Part shown: positions 36,907-46,600 of the stretch, piece after piece
Position numbering within the stretch: the first letter of the stretch is position 1
Layout of the letters: every line of letters begins with the position of its first letter
Source: a virus
Strand: one strand, 5' to 3'
Virus record (IMG/VR): IMGVR_UViG_3300035687_000003
Coordinates: 1-64,000 of that record
Length of the DNA: 64,000 bases
Made by a program: the position numbers and the translations under genes
The notes under the pieces: generated by a model
Databases searched by the model: none
Told to the model about the DNA's origin: nothing
What the model saw: the letters and a program-made list of their open reading frames with translations, nothing else

Positions 36907-37143
36907 TCAGGGCTGGAGTCGTATGTCTAGCCCTGAGTACTTCCTGACGCTACTGATTGCGTTCGGTATCCCGCGGTAGCTACAGCGGTGCACGCTAACG
37001 AACGCCACGCCGGCTGGCCCCACCACCCGCAGGTGCCCACTCGCCGTCAACGTCCAGGTTCCCCGCGCCGCTTCGACCGCTGTAGCGATCGCCCGGGCGT
37101 GCTTACTGAGCTTGTCCGGCCGGCTGCTGCATCTTCGTGGCAT
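36907..37143 (-). CDS. HicA-like (dsRBD-fold) small protein
   Basis: G.W..T.SGHLRV.GP.G...V...S.R...N....RK pattern. Confidence 0.5.
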   Translation of the reverse strand: MPRRCSSRPDKLSKHARAIATAVEAARGTWTLTASGHLRVVGPAGVAFVSVHRCSYRGIPNAISSVRKYSGLDIRLQP

Positions 37144-37176
37144 GCCGCCATGGTCGCATAGGCAGCCGGGGCAGGG

Positions 37177-37683
37177 GTGATCATGTCTAGTGTCGATCCC
37201 TCCATAAGTCTGCCGTCGGACGTGCCGCCGCAGAACCATCAGCATGATCGGCTCGCCGGTCGCAACGGCGAGATCTGGCGGATGTACACCTCTGGCCTCA
37301 CTCAGCAGGCCATCGCCGCGCGACTCGGCATGCACCAGAGCAGCGTGTCCAACGTGCTCAAACAGGTCCGCGATGCGTTGCCAGCTGACGAGCGTGACGA
37401 CTGGCGGATCATCGCGATTGAGACGCTACGGGAGCTGCACGCCGTGGCCGTGGAGATCGTCCGGTCCGACCCGCCGCCGACGTTCCACCAGGGGGAACCG
37501 TTGCGGGACGAGAACGGCGAGATTGTGCGTGACGCGTCCACCCGTCTGGTCGCTATCGACCGGCTGATCCGTATCCAAGAGCGCGCTGCCCGGGCGCTCG
37601 GAACCGATTCGCCGGACAAGCTACAAGTGGGTGCGACTGTGCGTTACACGGTGAATGGGGTTGATCCGGAGGCGTTGAAGTGA
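37177..37683 (+). CDS. terS: Terminase small subunit (HTH)
   Basis: GLTQQAIAARLGMHQSSVS HTH; IDRL..IQER.AR.LG.D.P; directly upstream of TerL. Confidence 0.85.
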   Translation: MIMSSVDPSISLPSDVPPQNHQHDRLAGRNGEIWRMYTSGLTQQAIAARLGMHQSSVSNVLKQVRDALPADERDDWRIIAIETLRELHAVAVEIVRSDPPPTFHQGEPLRDENGEIVRDASTRLVAIDRLIRIQERAARALGTDSPDKLQVGATVRYTVNGVDPEALK

Positions 37684-37684
37684 A

Positions 37685-38998
37685 GTGACTGCCACTATCA
37701 CTCACGAATACACGCCGCGTGGCGCTGCGAAAGAGTTGTTTGTCCGGCGGGATCCTGAATTGCTTATCTGCGGTCCATCGGGGACTGGCAAGAGCCGGGC
37801 CGGACTCGAAAAGTTGCACATGATGGCGCTGCTCACTCCGGAAATGCGCGGTCTCATTGTTCGCAAGACGCGGGAAAGCCTCGGCACTTCGGCGCTGGTA
37901 ACGTGGCGAAAGCATGTAGCGAAAGAAGCCATTGCAGCCGGGATCATGGACTTCTACGGTGGTTCAGCGGAGGAACCGGCGCAGTACCGATATAAGGAAA
38001 ACGGTTCCATTGTCGCTATTGCGGGGTTAGATAAGTCGTCTAAGGTGATGAGCACGGAATGGGATTCGATCTTTGTTCAAGAGGCGACAGAGCTCACGAA
38101 AGATGACTGGGAATCCCTGACCACCCGGCTCCGTAATGGTCGTACCTCATTTCAGCAGTTAAGCGCCGACTGCAATCCGGATGCGCCGACGCATTGGCTG
38201 AAGCAGCGATGCAATGAGGGCACTACGGTGCTGCTGGAATCGCGACACGAGGACAATCCGCTCTACTTTGATGACAACGGGAGCATGACGCCCAAAGGCG
38301 TCGATTACATCCGGGGGAAGCTCGACAAGCTCACTGGCGTGCGGTACCTGCGGCTACGTAAAGGTCTCTGGGTCGCCGCCGAGGGCATGATATTCGAGGA
38401 CTGGGATCCGGCGGTCCACCTGGTCGACCGGTTCGAGATACCGGACTCATGGCCGAGATATTGGAGCGTTGACTTCGGGTTCACCCATTCTTTCGTCCTG
38501 ACCCGGTGGACCGTGGACCCGGACGGGCGGCTGTATTGCTACGGCGAGCAGCACCAGACGAAACGATTGGTCGAGAATCATGCCAGGGACACGCTGTCCA
38601 TTGTGGCACCCGGTGGGATATGGCGCGAGCCTAAGCCGCGGGCAATTGTCACAGATCACGCGGCGCAGGAACGGGCCACGTTAGAACTCCATCTCGGACT
38701 ATCTACGGTACCTGCCACTAAAGCGGTGGATGGCGGTATTCAGCTGGTAGCCGCCCGGATGCAACGCGCCGGGGACGGTAAACCTCGAATCTTCATTATG
38801 CGAGACAGTTTGCATTATCGTGATCCGGAGCTGGTAGAGGCCAGTCAACCCACGTGCTTAGCTGAGGAGATCCCCGGCTACTGCTGGCAGGAGAATAAAG
38901 AACGGCCAATCAAGGAGCGCGATGATGCGGTCGACACAATGCGCTACGTCGTAGCTGAGCTGGACAGCGGTGTCCGGCCCCGCGTGCGATGGCTGTAG
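37685..38998 (+). CDS. terL: Terminase large subunit (PBSX-like)
   Basis: GPSGTGKS, FVQEATE, DCNP..P.HW, DFGF, DD.VD.MRY. Confidence 0.96.
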   Translation: MTATITHEYTPRGAAKELFVRRDPELLICGPSGTGKSRAGLEKLHMMALLTPEMRGLIVRKTRESLGTSALVTWRKHVAKEAIAAGIMDFYGGSAEEPAQYRYKENGSIVAIAGLDKSSKVMSTEWDSIFVQEATELTKDDWESLTTRLRNGRTSFQQLSADCNPDAPTHWLKQRCNEGTTVLLESRHEDNPLYFDDNGSMTPKGVDYIRGKLDKLTGVRYLRLRKGLWVAAEGMIFEDWDPAVHLVDRFEIPDSWPRYWSVDFGFTHSFVLTRWTVDPDGRLYCYGEQHQTKRLVENHARDTLSIVAPGGIWREPKPRAIVTDHAAQERATLELHLGLSTVPATKAVDGGIQLVAARMQRAGDGKPRIFIMRDSLHYRDPELVEASQPTCLAEEIPGYCWQENKERPIKERDDAVDTMRYVVAELDSGVRPRVRWL

Positions 38999-39008
38999 GG
39001 TGGTCGGC

Positions 39009-39305
39009 GTGACCATCTATTCGTCTGATTTGCGCTCTATTATCGATTCGCCGTTAGCGACAGCTGGAGCGGATCAATGTTCATCGTTGGATGGCTTCGG
39101 CACACCAGTAACAATTGAATACTGTGGTTACTTAATCCCGGCGAATGTCAGTGATACTCGATTCATGGAGTCGATGGCAATAATCAGTAACCGAGTCATT
39201 GAATCTGCAGTGAATCATCAAGACGCTTCCCGTCCCGACACTTCGCAACCCTACTTCCTAGATCTGATCGCCCGGATAGACGATGTAACCGGCGAGCGGG
39301 GGTAG
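39009..39305 (+). CDS. Hypothetical protein (low GC)
   Basis: ORF after terL. Confidence 0.4.
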   Translation: MTIYSSDLRSIIDSPLATAGADQCSSLDGFGTPVTIEYCGYLIPANVSDTRFMESMAIISNRVIESAVNHQDASRPDTSQPYFLDLIARIDDVTGERG

Positions 39306-39314
39306 CATCCTCGG

Positions 39315-39491
39315 ATGCCACGCACCCGTGTCACCTTGAGCTTCCTGGGCAACCCCGGCGTCGGTCCACTCGTGATCGTCGCGCTGTCCCTCGTCGCGGG
39401 GATTATCGGTGTTTGGGGCTATGACTGGCGCTGGGGCATGATCGCCATTATGGTCGCCGGCCTAGTGTTCGTGGCGACCACTGAGTGGTGA
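39315..39491 (+). CDS. Small 2-TM membrane protein (not in ORF track)
   Basis: MPRTRVTLSFLGNPGVGPLVIVALSLVAGIIGVWGYDWRWGMIAIMVAGLVFV; typical position between terL and portal. Confidence 0.6.
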   Translation: MPRTRVTLSFLGNPGVGPLVIVALSLVAGIIGVWGYDWRWGMIAIMVAGLVFVATTEW

Positions 39492-39505
39492 GCCCGATGG
39501 TCCCG

Positions 39506-39742
39506 CTACCGTTTGTGAATCTTACGACCGCGGGGCGGTGGCCACACCATCTGCAGCCATGATCTCCGCCGCGGTTTGGCCGTGGTTAGTGAATAGATCC
39601 ACTCCGCGAGGGTGGGTTTGCTCGGCGCCCGGTGCTTACCAGTCTTGCCGGGACCGAGGAGGATCACGGTTTCGCGGCTGGCAGATTCAGGTTCATTTAG
39701 CACAGTAGACGTCGATTCTTCAGGGATTGTGGGGAACGCCAT
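39506..39742 (-). CDS. Hypothetical protein (antisense moron)
   Basis: AGGAG RBS; GKHRA motif. Confidence 0.5.
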   Translation of the reverse strand: MAFPTIPEESTSTVLNEPESASRETVILLGPGKTGKHRAPSKPTLAEWIYSLTTAKPRRRSWLQMVWPPPRGRKIHKR

Positions 39743-40115
39743 TGATTCTCCTATTACCGATGTCGATGGCCTAGGCCGGGATGGGCGCAGCGTACTGGGC
39801 GGCTAGCTGCGGCTGATGGGTAGCTGAGACGGGAAGCTTAGCGTGTTACCACGGAGGTGCCCAATTGTGACCGAGGTCCGCAATATTGCTCCGGGTGTCT
39901 GGACGCGGCTACCAAACGGGATCACCATCATGCAACCGGACACGCCTCGCGAGGACGCGACGTGCACCGTGGCCAGTGACGGAACCGTGACGCTAAGCAG
40001 TGGTGCAACGTGGCGCGTACGGGTGTGATCAATTAAGTGATGTAGGCTAGAACGATAAGTGCCCCGGTAGCGTGCCATCGCTCCGGGGCAGTCAACCTGG
40101 TCAGAGCAGGTCAAC

Positions 40116-40697
40116 GTGGACGAGTCTAGCTCAGCTGAACGATGGTTGCCGATCCCCGGCTGGATCGGTCTTTACGAAGCGTCGGATCTCGGCCGAGTCC
40201 GCAGCCTTGATCGAGTTATGACACTTACCAATGGAGAGAAGCGCCGCTATCGGGGACGTGTGCTCGTCCAGTCCATAGATCACTACGATCGGCGAGTGGT
40301 GACACTCTATTCAGCTGGGTTCAAGACAACACTGAAAGTGCATACTTTAGTGCTGAAAGCGTTTACCGGGCCCCGACCGCTGGGAATGGATGGTTGCCAT
40401 AATGAGGACAATCTAGCGGATAATCGAATAAGCAATTTGCGCTGGGATACCCGTCGTGAGAATGCGCTTGATACGCAGCGCCACGGAACCAACTATTACC
40501 GCAATTTGATCAATTGCCCCTTTGGTCACCCGCTGAAGTCGCCGAATCTAGTGGCGTGTATTGCGGCGCAAGGTAAGCGATCGTGTTTAGCTTGCAGCCG
40601 GGCACGTGAAAGATATTGGTATTGGTCGCATCGCGGCGTTGAGTTGGACTATCAAGCCATGTCGGATGGGTATTACCGGAAGATCATCGCCACCTAG
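40116..40697 (+). CDS. NUMOD4-HNH homing endonuclease
   Basis: ERWLPIPGW.GLYEASDLGRVRS; VH.LV..AF.GP.P...CH....DNR..NL.W.T..EN. Confidence 0.92.
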   Translation: MDESSSAERWLPIPGWIGLYEASDLGRVRSLDRVMTLTNGEKRRYRGRVLVQSIDHYDRRVVTLYSAGFKTTLKVHTLVLKAFTGPRPLGMDGCHNEDNLADNRISNLRWDTRRENALDTQRHGTNYYRNLINCPFGHPLKSPNLVACIAAQGKRSCLACSRARERYWYWSHRGVELDYQAMSDGYYRKIIAT

Positions 40698-40726
40698 GCC
40701 AGATCACGGCTCCGGATAGGAGTCGT

Positions 40727-41992
40727 ATGCGTACCGCCCTGTCTGGCCTGCTGCGGCCCCGCAACGCGGACTTCCCCACCCGGCACATCACCGGCGGGCT
40801 GTCTCACCTCATGGGCTCCGGCGCGTCGCGCGTGATGGAAGCGCAGATGGCCGCGATGTCCAGTGTCTCGACACTGTTTGCCATCGTGGACCTCCTGGCC
40901 AACTCAGTGTCGATGGTCAACTGGCGGCTGTGGCGACTCGCGCTCAGCGGAAAGAAAGAAGACCGGGTAGAAGTCACCCGCCACCTTGCGCTGCAGGTGT
41001 TGAGCAAGCCTAACCCGTACATGCCGCGGCAGGAATACGTAGAGGTCGGTCAGCAGCATTTCGAGCTGACCGGTGAGAAGTGGACCGTCATCGTCTCCGA
41101 CGGTCGTATGAAAGGTGTCCCCACTGAGCTTTGGCCAATCCGTCCGGACCGCATGGAGCCGGTCCCGAGCAAAGAGGACTACCTGCACGGCTACATCTAC
41201 ACCGCCCCCGACGGAGAAAAGATCCCGCTGCAACTCGACCAGGTGATATTCGAGCGTCGGCCCAACCCACTGGACCCCTATCGCGGTATGGGGCCGGTGC
41301 AATCGCTGCTCACAGATCTCGACGCCTCGAAATACAGTGCACGATGGAACCGCAACTTCTTCCTTAACTCGGCCGAGCCCGGCGGCGTGATCGAGATTGA
41401 CAAGCGGCTGTCAGATGAAGAGTGGGATGAGTTCACCTCCCGATGGAACGCGCAACACAAGGGCGTGGCGAACGCGCATCGGGTGGCGGTCATCGAATCC
41501 GGCAAGTGGGTGCCGCGCGCTTTCAGTCAGCGCGACATGCAATTTACGCAGCTCCGCATCATCACCCGCGACACCATCATGGAAGCGTTCCGGATTCATA
41601 AATCAATGCTGGGCATCGCCGATGACGTGAACCGCGCCAATGCCGCAACTTCACGGATCGTGTTCAGTGAGTCACAGCAGGTGCCGCGGTTGGAACGCAT
41701 GAAGGGCTCCCTCAACGCGGAGTACTTGCCAATGTTCGGGAAGGCCGCAGCCGGGCTGGAGTTCGACTACGATTCGCCGGTTCCACCGAACGCTGAAGAT
41801 GACCGGGCTGACCTCCTGGCCAACGCGCAAGCCGCGCTTCATTACATTCAGGCAGGGTACGACGGCCAATCCGTGATCGAAGCGTTGAGCTTGCCGGATT
41901 CCCTGGTCTGGAATGGACCCGCAGCACCTCCGCCTATCTCTGTTACCGCTGAGCGGGTAGCTCCGCTGAAAGCGATCAACGGGGCCACGTGA
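40727..41992 (+). CDS. Portal protein (HK97 family)
   Basis: L.KPNP, ELWPIRPDRM, PNP.DPYRG.GP, FF.N.A.PGGVI, DMQF. Confidence 0.95.
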   Translation: MRTALSGLLRPRNADFPTRHITGGLSHLMGSGASRVMEAQMAAMSSVSTLFAIVDLLANSVSMVNWRLWRLALSGKKEDRVEVTRHLALQVLSKPNPYMPRQEYVEVGQQHFELTGEKWTVIVSDGRMKGVPTELWPIRPDRMEPVPSKEDYLHGYIYTAPDGEKIPLQLDQVIFERRPNPLDPYRGMGPVQSLLTDLDASKYSARWNRNFFLNSAEPGGVIEIDKRLSDEEWDEFTSRWNAQHKGVANAHRVAVIESGKWVPRAFSQRDMQFTQLRIITRDTIMEAFRIHKSMLGIADDVNRANAATSRIVFSESQQVPRLERMKGSLNAEYLPMFGKAAAGLEFDYDSPVPPNAEDDRADLLANAQAALHYIQAGYDGQSVIEALSLPDSLVWNGPAAPPPISVTAERVAPLKAINGAT

Positions 41993-42033
41993 CCGCTACT
42001 GCCGCATGGCCACTTCAGCTATAGTGTGGCACT

Positions 42034-42249
42034 ATGAGTTACATTCGGTTCGGAGAAGAAGATAGCTCAGTCTATGTGTACGAGCACGTGAACGGTTGGA
42101 TCGACTGCTGCGGATGTTCGATTCTGCCGGACTGCGGCAAGTTCTACACGAGCGAAGCCGCTGCGGCGCATTTAAGAGAGCATCTGGCGGCAGGAGACCA
42201 TGTGCCGGACTCGGTGTTCGACGACGTGAAGTATCGACCGCAACGTTAA
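42034..42249 (+). CDS. Hypothetical Zn-binding protein (moron)
   Basis: MSYIRF...VYVY...CCGC...HL.EH...G.HVP; TATAGT upstream. Confidence 0.65.
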   Translation: MSYIRFGEEDSSVYVYEHVNGWIDCCGCSILPDCGKFYTSEAAAAHLREHLAAGDHVPDSVFDDVKYRPQR

Positions 42250-42254
42250 CCAAA

Positions 42255-42749
42255 CTACAGAGTTGCCTTCATGGCCGCAATTGCTTCAGCAGTAAATTGC
42301 CATACGAATGGCGGATCGTTAAGTGAATCCAGTGCATGGAAACGCATCGAAGTGTGACTGAACTCTATTATGCCGCCAGGTGGTCGTGTAAATTTACATG
42401 GATACCAACCGGTGAGTTTGGACAATAACAATACTTGTTCCCAGGTGGGATAAAGAACACCAGCTTCCCACATGTCAACGTCGGGTTCAGTTGTGCCACA
42501 TGCTATGTCGACTTCCGGTCCATCCAGACAGTGAAAGTCAAGCGACATAGTAATGTAGTGGGGAACGAGCAGGCCAGCGGCCCATTTTGCTTTAGCTGTC
42601 CTATCGGACGCCGTACGACTCTCTTGTTTACGAGTTCGCTCAGCTGTGGATCGAAAGTCTCTGCTCTGCATTTCCCGCGAGGTCAGCTGTACCCCAGCCT
42701 TGCCCCATCTTCGTTTCGCTGATTGAGGACCACTCTTACCTGAAGTCAT
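42255..42749 (-). CDS. XRE-HTH-like protein (antisense moron)
   Basis: VDMWEAGVLYPTWEQVLLLSKLTG; TAGAAT 7 nt before ATG; low GC. Confidence 0.55.
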   Translation of the reverse strand: MTSGKSGPQSAKRRWGKAGVQLTSREMQSRDFRSTAERTRKQESRTASDRTAKAKWAAGLLVPHYITMSLDFHCLDGPEVDIACGTTEPDVDMWEAGVLYPTWEQVLLLSKLTGWYPCKFTRPPGGIIEFSHTSMRFHALDSLNDPPFVWQFTAEAIAAMKATL

Positions 42750-42769
42750 ACCGCCTATTCTACATTATT

Positions 42770-44158
42770 ATGAAAGTGGCCGAAATGCAGACGGTAGTAA
42801 ACGGCGCGCTATCGGTGCACCATACTGATACGGTCGACACTCCCTGGGATGCGACGGCTGCGGTCGCGGCGATGCCGAATGATCCGGCGGTACTGAAATA
42901 CTGCCACGCCTGGGTAGACAGTAACGGTAAGCCTGACGCTAAGGGTAGCTACAAGTTCCCGCACGCGACGAAAGACGGCGGACCCGCGAACCTGGCAGCC
43001 TGCCGCAACGGACTCGCGCGCTTACCCGGATCGAACATCCCCGCCGCGGACAAGCCCGGTGTGGAGCGGCACCTGAAAGCGCACCTCGCCGACGGTGGCA
43101 GTGACGCCGACAACCATCACCACCATCACGTCACGGGAGGTGGCCGCATGGATGCGCAACGCCGTGAGTGGTTCCAGATCCGCAACGCTGACGACGGGCC
43201 GACGCAAGTTTACTTGTACGACGAGATCGGCGGTGGCGGATGGTTGAGCGACGGCATCGCCGCAGCGGATTTCGTGACTGAGCTGACCGCTATCAAGGCC
43301 AGCGCGATCGACCTGCACATCAATTCACCTGGTGGTGACGTATTCGATGCGATCGCCATCTACAATGCGTTGCGTCGGCACCCGGCGACCGTGACATCCT
43401 ACATCGACGGTATCGCCGCGTCAGCTGCATCATTCATCGCGCAAGCCGGCGACAAAGTAGTGATCGAACGCAACGCGCAATTCATGCTGCATGACGCCAG
43501 TGGGATGTGCTGGGGTAACGCCGCGGACATGGCGAAGATGGTGGATCTGCTCAATAAAGCGTCCGACAATATCGCGGACATCTACGCGCAGCGCTCCGGT
43601 GTTGACCAGTCAACGTGGCGTGACGTGATGAAGGCCGAGGCCTGGTACTCCAGCTCTGAGGCAGTGCTCGCCGGCCTTGCGGACAGCGTGGCCGAGCAGC
43701 CGGTGACCACCGACGCCCGGTTGCGCGACGTGTCCCGGTTCGACCTGAAGGCCCTAGGTGCCCGCTACGCAAGCCGCGGCGAGGCTCCGGACCCGCCGCT
43801 GCCGTCGATGCGATTGGCAGCCGCGACGCGCGATCTAGCGCCCGCCGTGGCCGATTCTGGGCTCACCGCTCCCGCCGCTGCGGTGACGCACTCGGTTCCG
43901 CGCCCAGCTGCGCATGCTGAGTCGGACGTGATGGTGGCGCAAGCTCCGGCTCGCACGTTGACCGCGTTCGAGCAGGAGATCGTCGACGTGGTGCGCAGTG
44001 GGTTCCGGGCCAGGCAAGAGCCGCCCACGCCACCACCGGTAGCGCTGGAGCCTGCGCTCGTGGACGAGCCTGTGTCCACCGCAGCACCGGAAGGTTTAGC
44101 GCCGTTCGATCCGGCTGTCTTTCGTGCCGCGGTGAAAGCCGGGTTGCGGGCCCACTAG
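42770..44158 (+). CDS. ClpP-like capsid maturation protease with N-terminal extra domain
   Basis: LHINSPGGDVFD, IDGIAASAAS, FMLHDA, EAWY..EAV..GLAD; second RBS+ATG at 43148. Confidence 0.93.
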   Translation: MKVAEMQTVVNGALSVHHTDTVDTPWDATAAVAAMPNDPAVLKYCHAWVDSNGKPDAKGSYKFPHATKDGGPANLAACRNGLARLPGSNIPAADKPGVERHLKAHLADGGSDADNHHHHHVTGGGRMDAQRREWFQIRNADDGPTQVYLYDEIGGGGWLSDGIAAADFVTELTAIKASAIDLHINSPGGDVFDAIAIYNALRRHPATVTSYIDGIAASAASFIAQAGDKVVIERNAQFMLHDASGMCWGNAADMAKMVDLLNKASDNIADIYAQRSGVDQSTWRDVMKAEAWYSSSEAVLAGLADSVAEQPVTTDARLRDVSRFDLKALGARYASRGEAPDPPLPSMRLAAATRDLAPAVADSGLTAPAAAVTHSVPRPAAHAESDVMVAQAPARTLTAFEQEIVDVVRSGFRARQEPPTPPPVALEPALVDEPVSTAAPEGLAPFDPAVFRAAVKAGLRAH

Positions 44159-44250
44159 TTCTCAACATGTAACCGATTCGCTATTCACGACCTCACCTGC
44201 CGGCGGGGTTATTCAGCATGACTAAACCCGCTCGGGGAGGATAACGAACA

Positions 44251-45600
44251 ATGACCGCGCCCACGCTTGCCATTCCCACCAACTCCACGGAGCTGGAAGA
44301 GTGGATCGGCGACTCCGCACGGATGCAGACCGTGCTCGCCGATAAAGCCAAGTTCCAGGAACTCATTCAGAACTACGTGGCCACGATCCGGGATAAGGAT
44401 CCCGCGATCCAGGCGCAGATCGAGCAGCAGAAAACCGATCTGATCAATGCGCACATTGAGACCGAAGTGCAGCTCGCGCTGGCGAACGCGCTGAAAGATG
44501 ACCGCAAGCTGACTCGCCCAGACATGACGCCGGCCCCCGTCGGCCGCCAGAAAGGTGTCTACCCGCGCGCGTTGGGATCCTCGGTCAACGGGGTATTCGA
44601 TAGCGCGGTCGACCTGTTCGAGGCCGTGTACCGGGGCACTCCGGCGGATAAGCTTGCGCAGCTGCGCAACGCTTTCGGTTCCCAGGTGCCGTCGGATGGT
44701 GGGTTCCTGATTCCCGAAGTGCTGCGAGCCGAGCTTATGCGGGTGGCGCTGGAGTCCGCAGTGGTCCGGCCGCGGGCCCGGGTAGTGCCGATGGACAGCC
44801 TGCGCGTGCCGTTCCCAATGATTGACTCCAGCACCGACGTGGGCAGTGTATTCGGTGGCGTCACGGCCTACTGGACGCAAGAGGGTGCCAGCCTCAACAT
44901 CGTCAGTCCGTCGTTTGGCCGCGTGGTGCTGGACGCCAAGAAGCTGACGATCTACACCGAGGTCCCGAATGAGCTGATCCAGGACTCGGCGATCTCCATT
45001 GAGCCGCTGATTAACGAGCTCATGCCGGAAGCGTTGAGCTTCTATGAAGACGACGGTTTCATCAACGGCAACGGCGCTGGTGTGCCACTCGGGTTCATCA
45101 ACGCTGACGCCGCGGTGCAGGTGGCGAAGGTGGTAGGCCAGACCGCAGCGTCTATCCTCTGGGAAAACATTGTTGGATGCTACGCCCGTATGATCCCCTC
45201 TTCGCTGGGCCGGGCCGTGTGGGTTTGCTCTATCGACACCTTCCCTGAGTTGGCCACCATGGCACTGTCGGTGGGTACTGGCGGAAGTGCGATCTGGATT
45301 AACAACGGCACTGTGGGGCCGCCGATGACGATCTTGGGCAGGCCAGTCTTGTTCACCGAAAAGACGCCTGCGCTTGGCTTGGCCGGGGACGTTAATTTCG
45401 TCGACCTTGGCTACTACCTGGTGGGCGATAGGATGGCGATGAGCGTGGCACGGTCCGATGACTACCGGTTCGGCAATGACGTGGTTGCGCTTAGGGTGAT
45501 TGAGCGTGTGGACGGAAGACCTTGGATCTCCAGCTCCATCGTTCCACGCAACGGTGGCCCTTCGCTCTCACCGTTTGTCAAGATCAGCGTGCGGTCCTGA
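44251..45600 (+). CDS. Major capsid protein (HK97 fold)
   Basis: DGGFLIPE, W..EG, L.AKKL, F.NG.G..PLG, ILGRPV, R.DGRP. Confidence 0.95.
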   Translation: MTAPTLAIPTNSTELEEWIGDSARMQTVLADKAKFQELIQNYVATIRDKDPAIQAQIEQQKTDLINAHIETEVQLALANALKDDRKLTRPDMTPAPVGRQKGVYPRALGSSVNGVFDSAVDLFEAVYRGTPADKLAQLRNAFGSQVPSDGGFLIPEVLRAELMRVALESAVVRPRARVVPMDSLRVPFPMIDSSTDVGSVFGGVTAYWTQEGASLNIVSPSFGRVVLDAKKLTIYTEVPNELIQDSAISIEPLINELMPEALSFYEDDGFINGNGAGVPLGFINADAAVQVAKVVGQTAASILWENIVGCYARMIPSSLGRAVWVCSIDTFPELATMALSVGTGGSAIWINNGTVGPPMTILGRPVLFTEKTPALGLAGDVNFVDLGYYLVGDRMAMSVARSDDYRFGNDVVALRVIERVDGRPWISSSIVPRNGGPSLSPFVKISVRS

Positions 45601-45699
45601 TCAAGATGAGTGCGCTATCTAGTACTGTACCATGAGCGCATAAGGTCCCGGCGAGCGCAACAACGCTCCCGGGACGTGGCCGATCGGTAAGGGATCGAC

Positions 45700-46527
45700 A
45701 TGACTCAGGGTAGCAGGAGTTCAGCGGGCAGGGAACAGTCTCCATGGTCTTCGGCGAAGTCTTCATGGTCCGCCATGAAGAGGCGTTGTAACTACACTGG
45801 CAGTATCAACTACAAGTATTACGGTGGCCGAGGCATCAAGGTTTGTGATCGGTGGATGAAGTTCGAGAACTTCTATACCGACATGGGCGAACGTCCGGTT
45901 GGACATGAGCTTAGCCGCATCGACAATGACGGCGATTATGAGCCTGGTAACGTAGTCTGGGAATTGAAACTCAAGAATCTCGCAGATCGAAATGAGCGAG
46001 GTAAATGGAAGACTAGAGGATACGGCCTAGGCGCAGAAGAACGACGTGGGCAAGTTCGGTCTTACCACTCATGGAATAGTATGCGGAGCCAGTGCAATAA
46101 CCCGAATGACCCTAAATACTATTGTTATGGTGGATGCGGAATCATTGTGCACCCGCGCTGGGACAGCTTTGACGATTTCTACGCAGATATGGGCGCCAGA
46201 CCAGTCAACATGGTATTAGGGCGAATCGATAAAAGCGGTAATTTCGAACTTGATAACTGCCGCTGGATGACGCCTAAGGAACGGTCTGCTAATCAGCGAC
46301 CGCAACGTCGACGCGATATCTGCAAGAATGGTCATAAGTTCGCCGAAGTGGGCGTCTATGAACGTCAGAGCGGAAAATATTTTGTGCGACAGTGCAAGCA
46401 ATGTGCGCTAGATAGAGCTAATGCGCGACATATCGCGATGACGCCGGAACAGAAGCTAGCGGATAACGAACGACGTAATGTGAATCGCCGTAAACGTATG
46501 GCGGCTCGCTGCGAACGTTCGGAGTAA
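45700..46527 (+). CDS. HNH-type homing endonuclease with duplicated nuclease domain
   Basis: Two copies of W..M..RC...YGGRGI.V..RW..F..FY.DMG.RP....RID..G.Y...N. Confidence 0.85.
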   Translation: MTQGSRSSAGREQSPWSSAKSSWSAMKRRCNYTGSINYKYYGGRGIKVCDRWMKFENFYTDMGERPVGHELSRIDNDGDYEPGNVVWELKLKNLADRNERGKWKTRGYGLGAEERRGQVRSYHSWNSMRSQCNNPNDPKYYCYGGCGIIVHPRWDSFDDFYADMGARPVNMVLGRIDKSGNFELDNCRWMTPKERSANQRPQRRRDICKNGHKFAEVGVYERQSGKYFVRQCKQCALDRANARHIAMTPEQKLADNERRNVNRRKRMAARCERSE

Positions 46528-46600
46528 GCCGGTGGATAACACATAAAGAACAGGCCGCTAATAAACGGCGTCCGATCAAACAATAGAGAAGAGGCGCTAA

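Noticed and set aside
43113-43130. His run suggesting an engineered tag
   Set aside because: Five His with mixed codons in a natural linker; no vector sequence
45600-46600. Group I intron carrying the HNH gene within the capsid gene
   Set aside because: The capsid ORF ends with a normal-looking C-terminus and the intergenic spacers are too short for a ribozyme core; the same applies to the other endonucleases
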